Assembly (NCBI GenBank): GCA_965655095.1
Contig: OZ296651.1
Span: 117,552,001 to 117,616,000 of the forward strand
DNA: 64,000 bases
Origin: Haplodiscus bocki
Lineage: Eukaryota
Direction: 5' to 3'
Shown: positions 38,301 through 50,903 of the stretch, piece by piece
Layout of the letters: each line of letters starts with the position of its first letter
Numbering within the stretch: position 1 is the stretch's first letter
Notes under the pieces: model-generated
What the model was told of the DNA's origin: nothing
Database searches by the model: none
The model's input: only the letters and a program-made list of their open reading frames with translations
Program-made: the position numbers and the translations under genes

Positions 38301-40342
38301 AGCAGAGTAACAGCAACATTTCTGACGAATTGGATGCGCAAAAAGAGAGTCTTCTTCGTGCAGTTGCCAATGGGGGTTATGTTGGTTTACCAACGTATGC
38401 CCAATTGATGAACGCCACCTTAGCACGTCCTTTGATTTGGAGCCAAAAGATACATAAAGCAGGCAACCAGACTGACGAATCTTTGCATGACCAACAGAAG
38501 ATATTGGATTACGTTTGTTCTTTGTACGATAACTATTGTTCTTGTACCACTGACTTTATTAAACATCAATTCATAGTTGGTCCACCGGGTACAGGAAAAA
38601 GCTATGTGCTGATTCATTGTGTGATTGCGGCTCTAGCTAGGGGGCTGAGATGCGTCATAACTAGTGTCGCTGCTGAGAGAGCTTCAGTTTTCGGCGGAAA
38701 ACACACAAACGCTTTAATCCCTTTCCCCGTCATTCAAAATGAAACGGTGAGTCATCTAGTTTCGCATGCTTTGAACAGTCTTGCCCGAGATCCTGTTAAA
38801 TTTACTATTTTGGAGAAGTTGGATGTTTTTTTTGTCGAGGAAGTTTCAATGATTTCAGCTGAACTTTGGTCCGCGATGGACAATGTGTTGCAAGCCGTAT
38901 CTGAAAACAATCTTCCTTTTGGAGGAAAGATTGTTATTTCCACAGGGGATTTCCGTCAACTTCCGCCTCCTACGGGAACATTCCTTTTGCTGAGCAACTC
39001 GGTGTTAGCTAATTTTGAGCTTCAGTATTTGAAGCACTATGTGAGAATGCAGAACCAGCAAAGAAAGAGGCTTCTGGATTTGCTGTCTGAATATCCTGTG
39101 ACAGAGACATGCATTAAGATGTGTTGTGACATCATCGAGAAATTTTGTAAATTCGTAAGCACGTGGTCGGAAGTCCCTTTGGATAGCTTGAGAGTGTTCA
39201 GTACGAGAGTTGCTGAAAAAGAGGCTGTGGAAGAGAGAATATCTTTTGTGACAACACATCAAAACATACAGAGTGTGTCTTTCCATTGCAAGGATGAAAT
39301 GTCAAATACAGGAACCCAGAATTGGGTTACCGCAACAGCACCCGTCAGCAAGTTCCTCAACCGAAGTTGCCTTGAGCCAGAGTCTTTGTTTATACATGTT
39401 GGGTGTGTATTGCGCTTAACTTGCAATTTGCCATCGCTGAAACTGTTCCAGGGACATTTGTGTTTAGTTGAATCGTTCGATGAAATTGATCGCCATATTG
39501 TTGTCAGAGTTGCTCCAGACGGAGTAAGGTCTGTGTCATCTAACAACCCTGACGTTGCTTCCTGGAGGCTTGTAGTTATTCGTAAAAGAATTGGCGTTCT
39601 CCATAAGTATAACAATTTCACCGTTTGCAGACGTGTTCAATTTCCTTTGAAAATGTATGTGGCTTCAACCGTTCACAAAATAATGGGGGACACTGTTCCA
39701 TGCTTGGCAACACAGATTGTTGGTGGTAAAAAATTCTCATACTGGCTGAAAGAGCAGCTTTATGTAGTTGTTAGTCGGGTCACTGATCTTTCCCACATAA
39801 CGTTTGTCGGTGACAAGCAGCGGACACTTGATGCAATTAATCTTCTTTGCCGCAAAGATAGCCATTTGGTTCCTTTGATAGATAACTGTTTGTCGTCCCG
39901 TGGCAGGTGTAATTCCGGTGTTTCAACGACCCAAACATTTTATCCCTTTCCCTTACGTGTTTTTGATGTACCACTTTCGGCAATTGGTTACTGTTATTTG
40001 TTGGTGAGTGTTAAACATAGGGAACTTTTTTACATTGGAAGCTGTAAGCAGTTGCGGCGACGATTGCAGGAGCATAATTCGGGAAATGGGAGTTCATTTA
40101 CAAAGCCTGTTGAAAGAAGACCCTGGGCTCTAGTTGCTTACGTGACGGGCTTTTCAAACGCCGTTTCACGAAGCCGTTACTCTTTTGAACAGGATTGGCA
40201 AAGAGCAATGCTTAATTGGAATTATTCGAATGTGAAGCTAACCCTTGAAGATTACTTGTCAGAGTGCCATGTTCTTATGGATTCGTATAAAGTTACAGGC
40301 ATCGAAACAGCCCTGGAATGTGAATGCATGCGAAACTTGTAA
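32322..40342 (+). CDS. Zn-knuckle/OTU/HUH-Rep/PIF1 helicase/GIY-YIG polyprotein of C (frameshift near 33890)
   Basis: ORFs 32322-33926 (GDGNCLFSAL, HFE) and 33893-40342 (YFFTYTC, RYEFQDEASGFPHVHAL, YLSKY, GPPGTGKS, VEEVSM, GDFRQLPP, QLYVVVSRV, in-frame CYLL..FYIGS...RRRLQEHN...RPW...GF...FEQDW). Confidence 0.92.
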
Positions 40343-41664
40343 TGTTTTTTCGATTGTTCATATGTATTTTTCTTCATAGGTTTAGACTTTTGTAAAACTA
40401 CCATCGAGAAAACCCACCGTATTTGCAAGTATTAATTTGTCCGAAGCAAAATTTTCAGCAACTTTTTTTGTAGCCGATCATGTTGGTTGATTTGAATGAT
40501 TGCCATTGTTTGTTGCTAGTTATGAGCCAACCTTTGTAAAATTGGACGTGTTTTAGTTGTTAACAGATGATTTTTGTAACAGGATTTTCTTTTGTTTCTC
40601 TAACACTTTTTTACTCGACTCACACAGTAACTTTATTTTCGTGGTTCAACTTTTATACTCTGACACTTTATGAAATATCCTCTTTAAATGCTTTACACGG
40701 TAATTAAAAGATTCGGAAGATCATTTTTTGCAACAATTTGTTTTCACGTGCGTCTAAAGTTTCAGTGTGGAGCTGTTTTAATACTTTCGGGAGGCTATCT
40801 CATTGATTCACAGAAATATCACTTTCACTTTTTGTTCAGTGACCAAGGCAAAAATTTAAGTAACAAAATGTTAACTGGAAAATAATGCGAAAGGTTTTCG
40901 ACGAACTGACAATAATGTTTATGTTTTTTTCAGTGTCTCACTGACTCTGACCTGTTATGGATGTTATTTCTGACTCAATTAATGTTGTATACCTGACGGA
41001 AGCAAATTTGGTTTTATATTTTTTTGTACTGGTTGCTCAGCAACCGCCAACGTGATTTCCGAATTAGTATGTTGTTTGCTAGATGAACGTACTTGAGTTG
41101 GTTGTCCAGCAAGCCATATTCCACAAACTGGCCTGTAAACATGAGATGATAGCAGCTGAATTCTTTAGTTGCGCAACACTTTTCAAACCCAAACCATATT
41201 CCTTGTTACGGGAGATGAGAAAACTTTGTATTTCAAACTATTATTTGTTGTATGAATTATATTATGTGAAGCATTTTTCTTATGGTTACTTTCGCGCGTG
41301 AATTGAACAGTGGTTCACCACTATTTAATTTTTTGGCAGAGATTAGAGAAGGGCTGTTATTTTGTGCATCTGGCATTGTTTGAGTAATTTTTTCATCCTT
41401 GGGTGTATTTGGCAGTTTTATTTTGCCAAAAACGTTTTTTTCCAAAGAAAATTTCTTAATTTTCACCGTCAGGACTGCTCTGTAGCTGTGCAACGGGTGT
41501 GCATTTTTTCTTGAATCAGTCCTCTGTCTAATAAGTAAATGTCATGAACAAAAGTAAAATCTGATTTATTTGTTGGGTTTTTCAATTCTTAATTGAATGA
41601 TATAAAATATGCTTTGTTCGTTTGTCTGCTTTGATGATACATTGTCCTTCTGTTTTCGGTTGTT

Positions 41665-42261
41665 ATGTCTGAATATTTTGTTTTGGCGGCCTCGTCTCTT
41701 TATTGGGCAGCACAGGAAAGACCCCACCTCTTTGATCCTTTCAGGCCACATTTTTGCGCAATTTCGGGTGCTTCACTCAATAACTACCAGCCACAAAAAA
41801 ACATATGTTATCTTCTTGAATCGAATTTCTACAACACGAATGGAAAAAAGGTTATCATTTGGCATGATGCTGTCAATAACTCTTTGTCAAGCAAGAAGAA
41901 TCCGGCAATGAGTCCTGGAGCCTTTTTCAGTAGAATGGCTTATGTGAGAAAATTCAATGTCGTGGCATTCACCTACTTGCCTAGATCTGGAGCACAAAAT
42001 TTAAACAACGTTTTGAAAGACTGTCCAACAGGAATTGTTTTTCTCAAAATGAATTCGATTCTATCGAAACGGTACAAAAATTTGATCAATGAAGAAAAAG
42101 ATCTGCACCTGAATAGCCTGCTAGAAAATCATATGCTGTCCAGAACACTGCTAAACAACGGCTTGGAGGACTTGACTTTGCGTCGGTCCCGGAATAGACA
42201 CAATAATCTTCAAAACAGAGTTAGTGTTTTGATTTTTGGTTCCATTTTATTGATGATTTAG
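41665..42261 (+). CDS. Divergent SGNH/GDSL-fold protein (putative)
   Basis: Block-like motifs VLAASSL, AISGASL, VIIWHDAVNNSL and KDLHL in SGNH order; same position as the clearer SGNH gene of D. Confidence 0.55.
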   Translation: MSEYFVLAASSLYWAAQERPHLFDPFRPHFCAISGASLNNYQPQKNICYLLESNFYNTNGKKVIIWHDAVNNSLSSKKNPAMSPGAFFSRMAYVRKFNVVAFTYLPRSGAQNLNNVLKDCPTGIVFLKMNSILSKRYKNLINEEKDLHLNSLLENHMLSRTLLNNGLEDLTLRRSRNRHNNLQNRVSVLIFGSILLMI

Positions 42262-43250
42262 AGGAAGAGAAGGGATATATATTTCCGATGGTTTTTTGAA
42301 GGAAACGCTGAACGTTAGTGATTACTACGTTGACGCATTTAACATTCGAACCAACGGACTGCATACAGATTTCCTGCATGACACTTCCATGCTATTCAGT
42401 TTCAATGTTTTAACGTTTTTTCGGGGAACCAAATCCGAAGTTGGAAGTGTGTGACCGGAGAGTTTGTCATGTTTCAATAACAACACTTGCTTGTTTTCAC
42501 GATTTATTGTGAAAACAAGCAAGTCATTCGCAAACTTTTTCAAGAATGTGTTTTCTTACAGGTCCGAAGAAACAGAGGTGGGTTGCACGAATCGGCATAG
42601 GCATCAATTACCGCCAGCTCCAAGAAGATATCTTGATGAGTAGAAAACCATCGGTGTTTTAACACCGCATGAACATTTTGAGTTCATTTCTGACATTACT
42701 TCCTTTTATTGTTTCATTGCACCATTTGTGCTGCCATGTGGTTTTTGAATTTCAAAAATGAATTAGCGACCTTCCCTTGATTTAGTTGGAGTATGATTTT
42801 ACTTTTGATGATGTTATTTGAAGCTGACTGTTTTTGTAGCATTTTGTGTAGAGCCTTCTGGCGTCCAAATTTTACTACTGGAATTGTTGGAAATTGTTTT
42901 GTTTTGAAGATAGAAATAGTTCAGAATAATTCGTGTGTAATGTATTACCTCTATTTCAATTTGTATGATTCCAGTTTGTGAACAATTTTTGACATGGAAT
43001 GGAAAGCTGTTTTTGAGGACACATCCGGTAAATGGCTGCAGATTGAGGTGGTCTAAGGTGAAGTGTGCCATAGACGGCAGTGAAAAGTTGTTAGGCTGTC
43101 ATTGAAAAAAAACAGAAAATCTCAAGTTTTTGTTGACAAAGTTACAATGTGCCTTTTTTTGTTTAAACTAAATCAGACTGCAAATCTTGACTTGTCTTTT
43201 TACCGTATAATTTCCTTATTTGGAACACATCCTGTTGCATTTTTTAAGAA

Positions 43251-44243
43251 ATGAATAGACAAGTAACTGTGGCTGAAGTTACAGGAGAAGGTTTTTTGCG
43301 CAACAGCCAGAACACTGTATTAAGGGGCATAGTTTTGGTCCTGAAGAAGAGCGATCGGCCACTGCAGTTGTTCAGACCTCAAACAACAAAGTTGAAGCGC
43401 CCACTTCCTGAAGGGACATATGACAGAATGGTCATTATTGGCCAATGGAACAGTAAAGACTGTTTTGTCGTCATCTCAGCTTCAGCGCAGAAGTCTGCTA
43501 AACTTTTTTCGGATAGTCATCTGACTGTTGGTTCTGTTGTAGAGGTAACAGAGCCTATCTATTCGAACACGTGTTTGGGCAATGACCGAAATAATCCGAT
43601 TATTGAAAGTCATCAGGCTATCGTTGTTATCAACAACGTAACCAATGAGGATTTCCCGCCAATTCCTATTATTTCATTACCCAGCACACCCGCAATGTTC
43701 CACTACACTCTGAACAATAGAAATTTGTTGTTTTTGCATGGAAACATTATATCTCCTACCTGTTCTGGAAGTATGTGCGACCGTCGTATTCTCAGAAATG
43801 AAACGGTGTGCGCTTGCCTACAGAAGAACTCAGTTTCGTCGTGGACTGTCGCCGCACGCATCCTTTCTAGAGACGTGGAAGAGGAAGCGGACGATCCCTT
43901 GAGCGGAGACATGACACAGAGTCATCAGTTGGCATCGTTTTTTTGTAGCAATGATGTTCTTCGCTTGCCAGCTAGCTCGGTTGAATTGAATCTGTTGCGT
44001 GAATCAATAACTAGGGTGACAGAGTATGTCAACGATAATGGTGGTTGGAGAATATCTGGTTACAGCAAATCGAGTGTCAGTGATGAGTCAATTACTCAGG
44101 CTGTTCATCATGTGAGAGTTTGTCGTCTTATTCCAGCTGTTGTAATCCCGAACAACTTGAAGTACGCTATCGGTAATGCTCGGCAGCCGCCCAATCGGCC
44201 GCCTCCACTACAACAAGCCAACCCAAATGTTCAGCATGATTGA
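43251..44243 (+). CDS. Conserved 330-aa element protein, possibly OB-fold plus Zn finger
   Basis: Intact ATG-to-stop ORF; clear homolog in D (RPLQLFRPQT, CLGNDR.NPI, CSG..CDRR...CACLQK, N..GWR.SG). Fold is inference. Confidence 0.8.
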   Translation: MNRQVTVAEVTGEGFLRNSQNTVLRGIVLVLKKSDRPLQLFRPQTTKLKRPLPEGTYDRMVIIGQWNSKDCFVVISASAQKSAKLFSDSHLTVGSVVEVTEPIYSNTCLGNDRNNPIIESHQAIVVINNVTNEDFPPIPIISLPSTPAMFHYTLNNRNLLFLHGNIISPTCSGSMCDRRILRNETVCACLQKNSVSSWTVAARILSRDVEEEADDPLSGDMTQSHQLASFFCSNDVLRLPASSVELNLLRESITRVTEYVNDNGGWRISGYSKSSVSDESITQAVHHVRVCRLIPAVVIPNNLKYAIGNARQPPNRPPPLQQANPNVQHD

Positions 44244-45399
44244 TTTTTTGTGGATTTTTCAAAACACCGCAGCCATACGTGCTTTTCATAGTCGGATGCC
44301 AATGAACACATAGAAAATGTTCCTTTTTGAAAAACTTATGATAATTGCAATTCTGTACTGCCTCGGATAAAATCAATGCATTTGCCTCAGTTACTCAATT
44401 TTACGTGATCTCTTTTACATATGAACTTTCTTTCCACATATGATAGAATGAAGGAAACAACCGTTGTTGTCTCACCTAAATAAATTTTGTTTTTGTGGCT
44501 AGTATCCTGCATTGTACTCTGTCAGTTACTTCAATTTACTTCAGTAATCCACATTGAAAGTTGTATGAGATTTCAGTATGCTTTTCTATGTCAGTAATGC
44601 ACTTTGGAAGTAATTGTCTTCAATAGAAGTAGAGTCAGTGGTGTCAGTAGCTCTTGATGATATCATTTTCCTTATGAGTTTGATTTGGTCCACTTTATTA
44701 AGATAATGTTTACTTCAACGTTATTTTCCTTCTAAACATCTTAGAGTGGAACTTTTGGTGCGTGATTTGCCTTGTGTTGAAAAGATTTAGCCATAAACTT
44801 GGAGAGACAAGTCTACATACTTTGGTAGTGTTCAAAGTTTCAAAGTAATATTCACTATGAATGGTACTGATTTATATTTTGGCACCCCTGTGAACTCGTT
44901 TCGACTTAGAAAGTCACTGGTACGTTCAGAGAAGTCTATTTTTTTTGTTCAAAAAATCGCACGGACTAAACGGAGATGAACTTCATGTTTCAGTTGAGAC
45001 AGCAAAGTACGTTGAACAAATACGGGAATGTGTGAGCCTCGTTGTGCGATGAAGACAGATCGATGTTTTGGGAGCTTTATCAAGTGGAAAAACGTGTAGG
45101 AGCTTTGGAACTGTTCATGCACAGGTGATTGAACTTGCCAGTGTTTCTATGTTTCCTCTGATATATTATTTGTCGTTCTTTCACCAGGTACTTTTCGATA
45201 GCGTTTGGAAATCATATTTTTACTCAATTGTTTGTCTTTGATAAAGTCAGGTCCTATTGTCAGTCTTGGCTAAAATTGTTTATTTTTCGAACGGTTTTGG
45301 CTTCTGTTCTGTTAATGTTGAAACTTTTTTCCTTTTTTTACTTTTTTTTCAAAAATCTTTTTGAATTGACGTTCACAGCTTCCTGTTAATCAATCACTG

Positions 45400-45442
45400 G
45401 GCCTTTCTAGCGAACGGTAGCCTTTCCTCCACTGGGTGGTCA
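45400..45442 (+). repeat. Junction motif J5 (C|S3), core 45426-45436
   Basis: GGCCTTTCTAGCGAACGGTAGCCTTTCCTCCACTGGGTGGTCA; upstream part diverged, core invariant. Confidence 0.88.
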
Positions 45443-46492
45443 CGCTCTTAAGCCCCACAAAACATTTGCGAGGCGGGGTAGGGGCCCCTGTGCCGAGCTT
45501 CAATTGCCAAGTTTACACTTACCCGCACCCACCCGGTGAAAATACGATCTCGAAACCTAACCATACGATTTTGATCAAACTATGCATGTGGATAGAGTCC
45601 GCCGATGTATGAAGATTTTTGGCACTTACATCATTTTTTTTCTTTTCGTTGGGGAGATATGACGCAATGATCCTGTTTTTTGGCAGGTTTCGATGATTTT
45701 TTCGCAATATCTCCACACTTTAACCATAGCATTGGAGCCAAACTTTTTGCGTGAAGCACAATTGTTGTGGACTACCTACATGCCAAAAATTTTTGGCCAG
45801 GGCCTTTTGCCCTAGGAGATATGACCTTTCAAAGTTGTCAAAAATAGGCCAAAATCGACCAATTTGTCATTTCTCCCACGTTGATGTTAAAAAAGTGATG
45901 TGAGCTTTCGTCACAACGTGACGGGACCTGCACCAAAAGAAAGATAATTTTTCAGAGAAAAAAGTTTCGGTCAAATTGCCGAAAATAATGACGGTTATGA
46001 CGAATTTTCTGAAAAAAAATTAAAACTTCCTCAAAAAATCACTTTTGACAGTAGAGTTAATTTCCGGTGTTTTTTTGCGCGATTTCTTCAGCCAAAATAT
46101 TCGTCCCTTTCCAAGGAGGTCAAAACCAAGTAGAAAACTTACGTAGAGCAGTTTTACCAAAATTTTCTCAGAACATCAATCAAACGGTTGAAAAACCTAC
46201 AAAAAAGGACAAAAATCGAAAAGCAAATTGACCATCACCTTCGCCCCGTTTTCCCGTAGATTAGCGCAGCGTTTCGGAGGAATAACGGGGCAAAAAAGAT
46301 TTCCACTTTGACTTACATTTTCTACTTTTCTATGTTTTTCTGAAGGAAGTCTATAAACTCTAGTTTTTGACTCAAACTGTGGAAAATACCTAACTTGGAA
46401 CGTTTCAAGGAACAGTGAAAGTACATATATTGGCACTAAAAACAAGAACCAGTGGCCGCCAACTGGTGAATTTCACCGTTGCCTCCACTGGG
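45426..46492. mobile_element. S3: ~1.06-kb mini-element; ends at junction J6 (core 46482-46492)
   Basis: Homologous to S1 along its length, with a more diverged tail. Confidence 0.85.
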
Positions 46493-47809
46493 TGGTCACG
46501 CTTTTTAGCCCCACAAAACCGTTTGCGAGGCGGGGGAGGGGCCCCTGTGCCGAGCTTCAATTGCCAAGTTTACACTTACCCGCACCCACCCGGTGAAAAT
46601 AGGATCTCGAAACCTAACCATACGATTTCGATCAAACTATGCATGTGCATAGAGTCCGCCGATGTATGAAGATTTTTGGCACTTACATCATTTTGTTTCT
46701 TTTGGTTGGGGAGATATGACGCAATGATCCTGTTTTTTGGCAGGTTTCGATGTTTTTCTCGCAAAATCTCCACACTTTACCCATAGCATTGGACCCAAAT
46801 TTTTTGTGTGAAGCAAAATTGTTGTGAACTACCTACATGCCAAAAATTTTCGGCCTCCGCTTTTTACCCTAGAAGATATGACCTTTCAAAGTTGTCAAAA
46901 AAGGCCAAAAACGATCATTTTGTCATTTCTCCCAATTTGATGTAAAAAAAGTGATGTAAGCTTTCGTCACAACGTGACGGGACCTGTATCAAATGAAAGA
47001 TAACTTTCTGACGAAAAAAAATTTTTGGTCAATTTGCCGAAAAAAATGACGGTTATGACGATTTTTTGTGGAAGAAAAAAAACCCGGTAAAAAGTCAGTT
47101 TCTCTACTTCAACTGAAATCCGTCAACTTTTTGAAGGCGGGAACCAAGCTTTGCTGAAATTTCGTACTAAACTAGTGCGCTGGAAAGTTATCAGTGAGGC
47201 GAAACTTTTACTTGGGCCAATTCATAAAAACTCGTTGCAGTTTTTTCTTTCAATTCCGAATTATTTGTAACAGAAATTTTCAAAATTATGTTAAAATTAT
47301 ACAAAACTGTAGCAAATTTTCTGTCTCAGTGGACATTGAATTAGATTTGAGGTGATTAGTTATAAAGAGCTGCACACAAACTTTTCCTGAATGACCCATT
47401 TAATTTTTAATGAACATTATACGTATCAACTACAGAAAACAACTTAAACTGTGCTAAATAAAGTTGACCAGTAATACAAAGTGAAATCTCAGTATCTTGA
47501 ATGGTAGCAACCCTTGTAAATTCAATTGGATGCACATAAAACAAATCCACTTCATGACAACTCTCATTTTCTTTAACGACAATTGATCTATTAGTTTTGG
47601 GCAAACACCTTACGGTCGAATGCCTTGTGACAGTCGATGTTGCATGCAAACAACTTTCGGTAGCTTGCTGAATGATTCATTGCACCTTGTTTTAAATGTC
47701 TCTAATACATGTGTTGAACCGGTAATCAAGTATTTGTAACTGTAGTAAAAATTATCACAACAGTGATTGACATAAGATTTGTTTGAGTTTTGTTGGTTCA
47801 ATTAAGTGT

Positions 47810-48824
47810 TCATCTCATGTTGTTTGCATTGTTACTTGCCGGCAAATTTGCGTTAGCGTGAAAAAGGCGTGGTGGCTGGTTTGTATCATCTCCATTCCAA
47901 GGAATCACATTGTACTTCAAGTTCACAGGGATCTCAATCGCTGGAGTGATTCGACAAATTCTCACCCTTTGAACATTTTGCGCAATGTTTTCTTCTGTTA
48001 AAGCAGTTTTGTAGAAGCCTGACACTCTCCACCCATCATTGTTATTAACATGATTAGCAACACGCATGACAGCTTCCCTCAAAAGTCCCCTGTCAATTGA
48101 AGTGTATGCCGATCTAATGATAGCTTCCTCACGAAAAGTTTGATCAATGACAAACTTTGCAGAATATCCCCTGTTAGAGGGTCATCGTCTTAGTTCAAAA
48201 TGTCCTGACTAACTACCCTTGCTGATATGACCCATGCTGACAAAGTTGATTTTTGCAAACATGCACAAATGCTTTCGTTTTTTCTATTTCTTCTGTCGCA
48301 CAAAAAACCGGAACAAATCGGAAACACAGGAATTGCGTGGTGCAAAAACGAAAGGGGTCGATGTGGGAGACAGAAGTGGAACATTGCACCCGTCGAGGGA
48401 TTCAAATCGATAGGAACAGGCTCCATTGGCAGGTCGTCGGTAACTACCTCTAACGGAAGAGACACGTTGAAAATTGGATTGGTTCGATCGTTACCAAGGC
48501 AGGAGATGGAAAAAATAGCTTCTTTCACATGCACGATGGCACCAATAGTTAATTTTCGGTCAGCAAAATGGAGTGAACTTTTTTGCGCAGAATCTGCTTT
48601 TTTGCAAAGCATTCTCGCGTTTCCATTTCGCCGATTATGATTACGCGATCATAGTTTGTGTCAGGGGTCATTCTTTTAGCTTTTACAGTTTGCGGTCGAA
48701 ACAACTGTAGGGGACGATCAAATTTTTTAAAAACCAAAACAACACCTCGGATATATGTGTTCTCACTGTTTCGCAAGAAATTGGGAGCAGTTATTTGGGC
48801 CGTATTTACACGGGTGATCATCAT
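47810..48824 (-). pseudogene. Disrupted homolog of the 330-aa protein
   Basis: ORF pieces 48549-48842, 48190-48612 and 47810-48082 align in order to 43251-44243. Confidence 0.85.
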
Positions 48825-50145
48825 TAGGAACAATCTTTTCAAGCATCATCTTATACAACGCGGTTTACACAGTGACATTTTGTCAACCTTTTCAGGACGC
48901 AGAACTAATTGTTCTCAATAAACAAAACAAAGAAGATGAAGTTCAACATGATCAAATACAACTTCATTAATTTTCCACGTTTCAGTGAGAATTGTTAGTG
49001 TACATTAAACGGTTTGATAAAAAAAGTTCTTGCTATTTTTCTATTGAAAAAATATCAGGTTTTTTTACGTGATGCCACGCAAAAGGTGGAACTGACATCT
49101 TTCATCATTTTTTCACGTTTCAATGGTCTGAAAATTCAGTCATTTGTGAATGACGAGTATGGTTGGTCACATTTACTTTCATCAGTGAACTTTCACTGAA
49201 GATTAATGTCTGTTAATGCAAATGAAAAGATTATACGTATTGAAGACGTGTTAATTCAGGATAAAATTGTCCTTATGCGAAAACCAGTCTAATATGAATG
49301 AAAATCTTTTTAAAAATGAACAATTCATTGCACAGACAATGATAGCAATTCAAAAGAAATGAAACAATCGGCAAATTTTCGACTTGAACAAAAATGAAGT
49401 TAAATCGAAGCTACATAAAACGATATTTCACGGGAAGTAATCTGTGGAATGTTTCATTTCAATGAGAAGTTGAATTAGCTATAAAAAATTAACAAGCATA
49501 AAGACAACGCCGAACAAAAAGCAACATTCATGGGTTTAGCAGTATTCAAAGTGTATGGAAAAACGTAACTGAAAGAAACTAACATACAGAAAAAAACAAC
49601 GCAACATGCCAAATTCAAAGTTCTCACGGATTAAACCGACATTTATTCAGAAAAATCATTTAATTTTGTTGAGAAGTTACAAAAACTAAAAACTTAGATC
49701 ACTTTACACTCGGTTCCAATTGTATGCACAGCAAAATAACCAATTAGTCCCCTTTGTTTGCTGCATAATAAAATAAAAATATCTGTTTAACCGAATATAC
49801 CGAAGGAAGCCTTCTTAACTTTGGTCGTCCAGGTTTATCACCACATTTTTTTTCTTTTTCAGCTGCAAAAGGATGTGATTGCTTTCAGAACCGCAGTCGA
49901 CAAAGAGCAAGTGTACGTATTCTGCGACGCTCTGTTAAAACAGTGGGCATTAAACAGTTACAATTGATCACAATTTTGTCGGCCACATTATGACAACTTT
50001 CCAGTCAACTTTGATACTTTAAAAAAAAGAAAGACGAAGGTGAACAAACACGCCATTACCAAAAAATTCAAACACAGGGTACCATGTTAGAGACTGCGTT
50101 CATTAATCAACAACTACTTCACCAAGGCTTTGTTGCTTGTACTTA

Positions 50146-50903
50146 TCACAGGTCAGAAAAACGTAATACAGTACCCAAAACTCTTTTCCTTAGAATGTGT
50201 ATCAAGTTGGAAACACCGTGACGAGACAAATGCACGCCATCCATCAAATTCCTCTCGGAGCTCATTTTGCTAGCAACCGACACAAAACTGTATTGACCCG
50301 AAGAGTTTCTGAGTCCATCGTTCACCCTTTTGATATCTAGGAGGCAAGCTTCGGAACTGATGACTAGAGCCAAGCAGTATACTCTGTAACACATTGGAGA
50401 GGCCAGACGCACGAGGTACATAATATCTCGAACCACCTAAGAGTTAACAATTTTTTTTTCAGCTCAACATGCACTTCGTTTGATTTTGTCGAACTTTCTT
50501 CAAATTTTGGACAAAAAAATACTTTCAGTTTCATTTGAAGCTCTGCTTATTAGTAGGAAAATGTTTTTGCAGGGAAATATTGCCTGCGTATCAACTCATA
50601 CACAATGCACCCTGATGTTGCAACCAGTATTTTTCTAAAATGTTCTCAGTCGCAAGCAACTTGACATTGTGTTGAACAGATTACTCACTTGCTCAGGAGT
50701 CTTTCCCCGTTGTCTGCCGCGCCTTGTAAGTCCATTTCCCCCGATGAACAGAATGATTGATTCGCAAACGTTGTTAGGTTTCTTAAACAGTCAATTACCC
50801 AACGGCAAGATGCCGTGGCACCAGGGAAAAACTTCACTTCCAGGTTTGCGTGCTTACTGACGAGAGTTCTTCCAAGAGAATCAGCTATGATAAGATGTCT
50901 CAT
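50146..50903 (-). pseudogene. SGNH/GDSL hydrolase, two exons (intron 50437-50688), one frameshift near 50785
   Basis: IIADSLGR, FPGAT, LFIGGNG, DGVHLS; donor CAA|GTGAGT and acceptor CTCTTAG|GTG join in phase 0 (KTPEQ|VVRDI). Confidence 0.8.

Larger units (their letters stand above)
30414..45436 (+). mobile_element. Unit C: ~15.0-kb Helitron-like element with genes on the + strand
   Basis: Bounded by cores at 30414 and 45426; terminal module, then polyprotein, SGNH-like gene and 330-aa gene. Confidence 0.87.

Noticed and set aside
46450-46535. HDV-like ribozyme spanning the junction (CCGTT-GCC-TCCAC..GG; GTGGCCGC/GTGGTCAC; C-GA-GGCGG)
   Set aside because: The topology is suggestive, but L3 lacks the conserved G, P3 is imperfect, P1 cannot form for A/D ends, and GGCGG pairs better with the downstream hairpin. 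Only a cleavage assay could rescue it.
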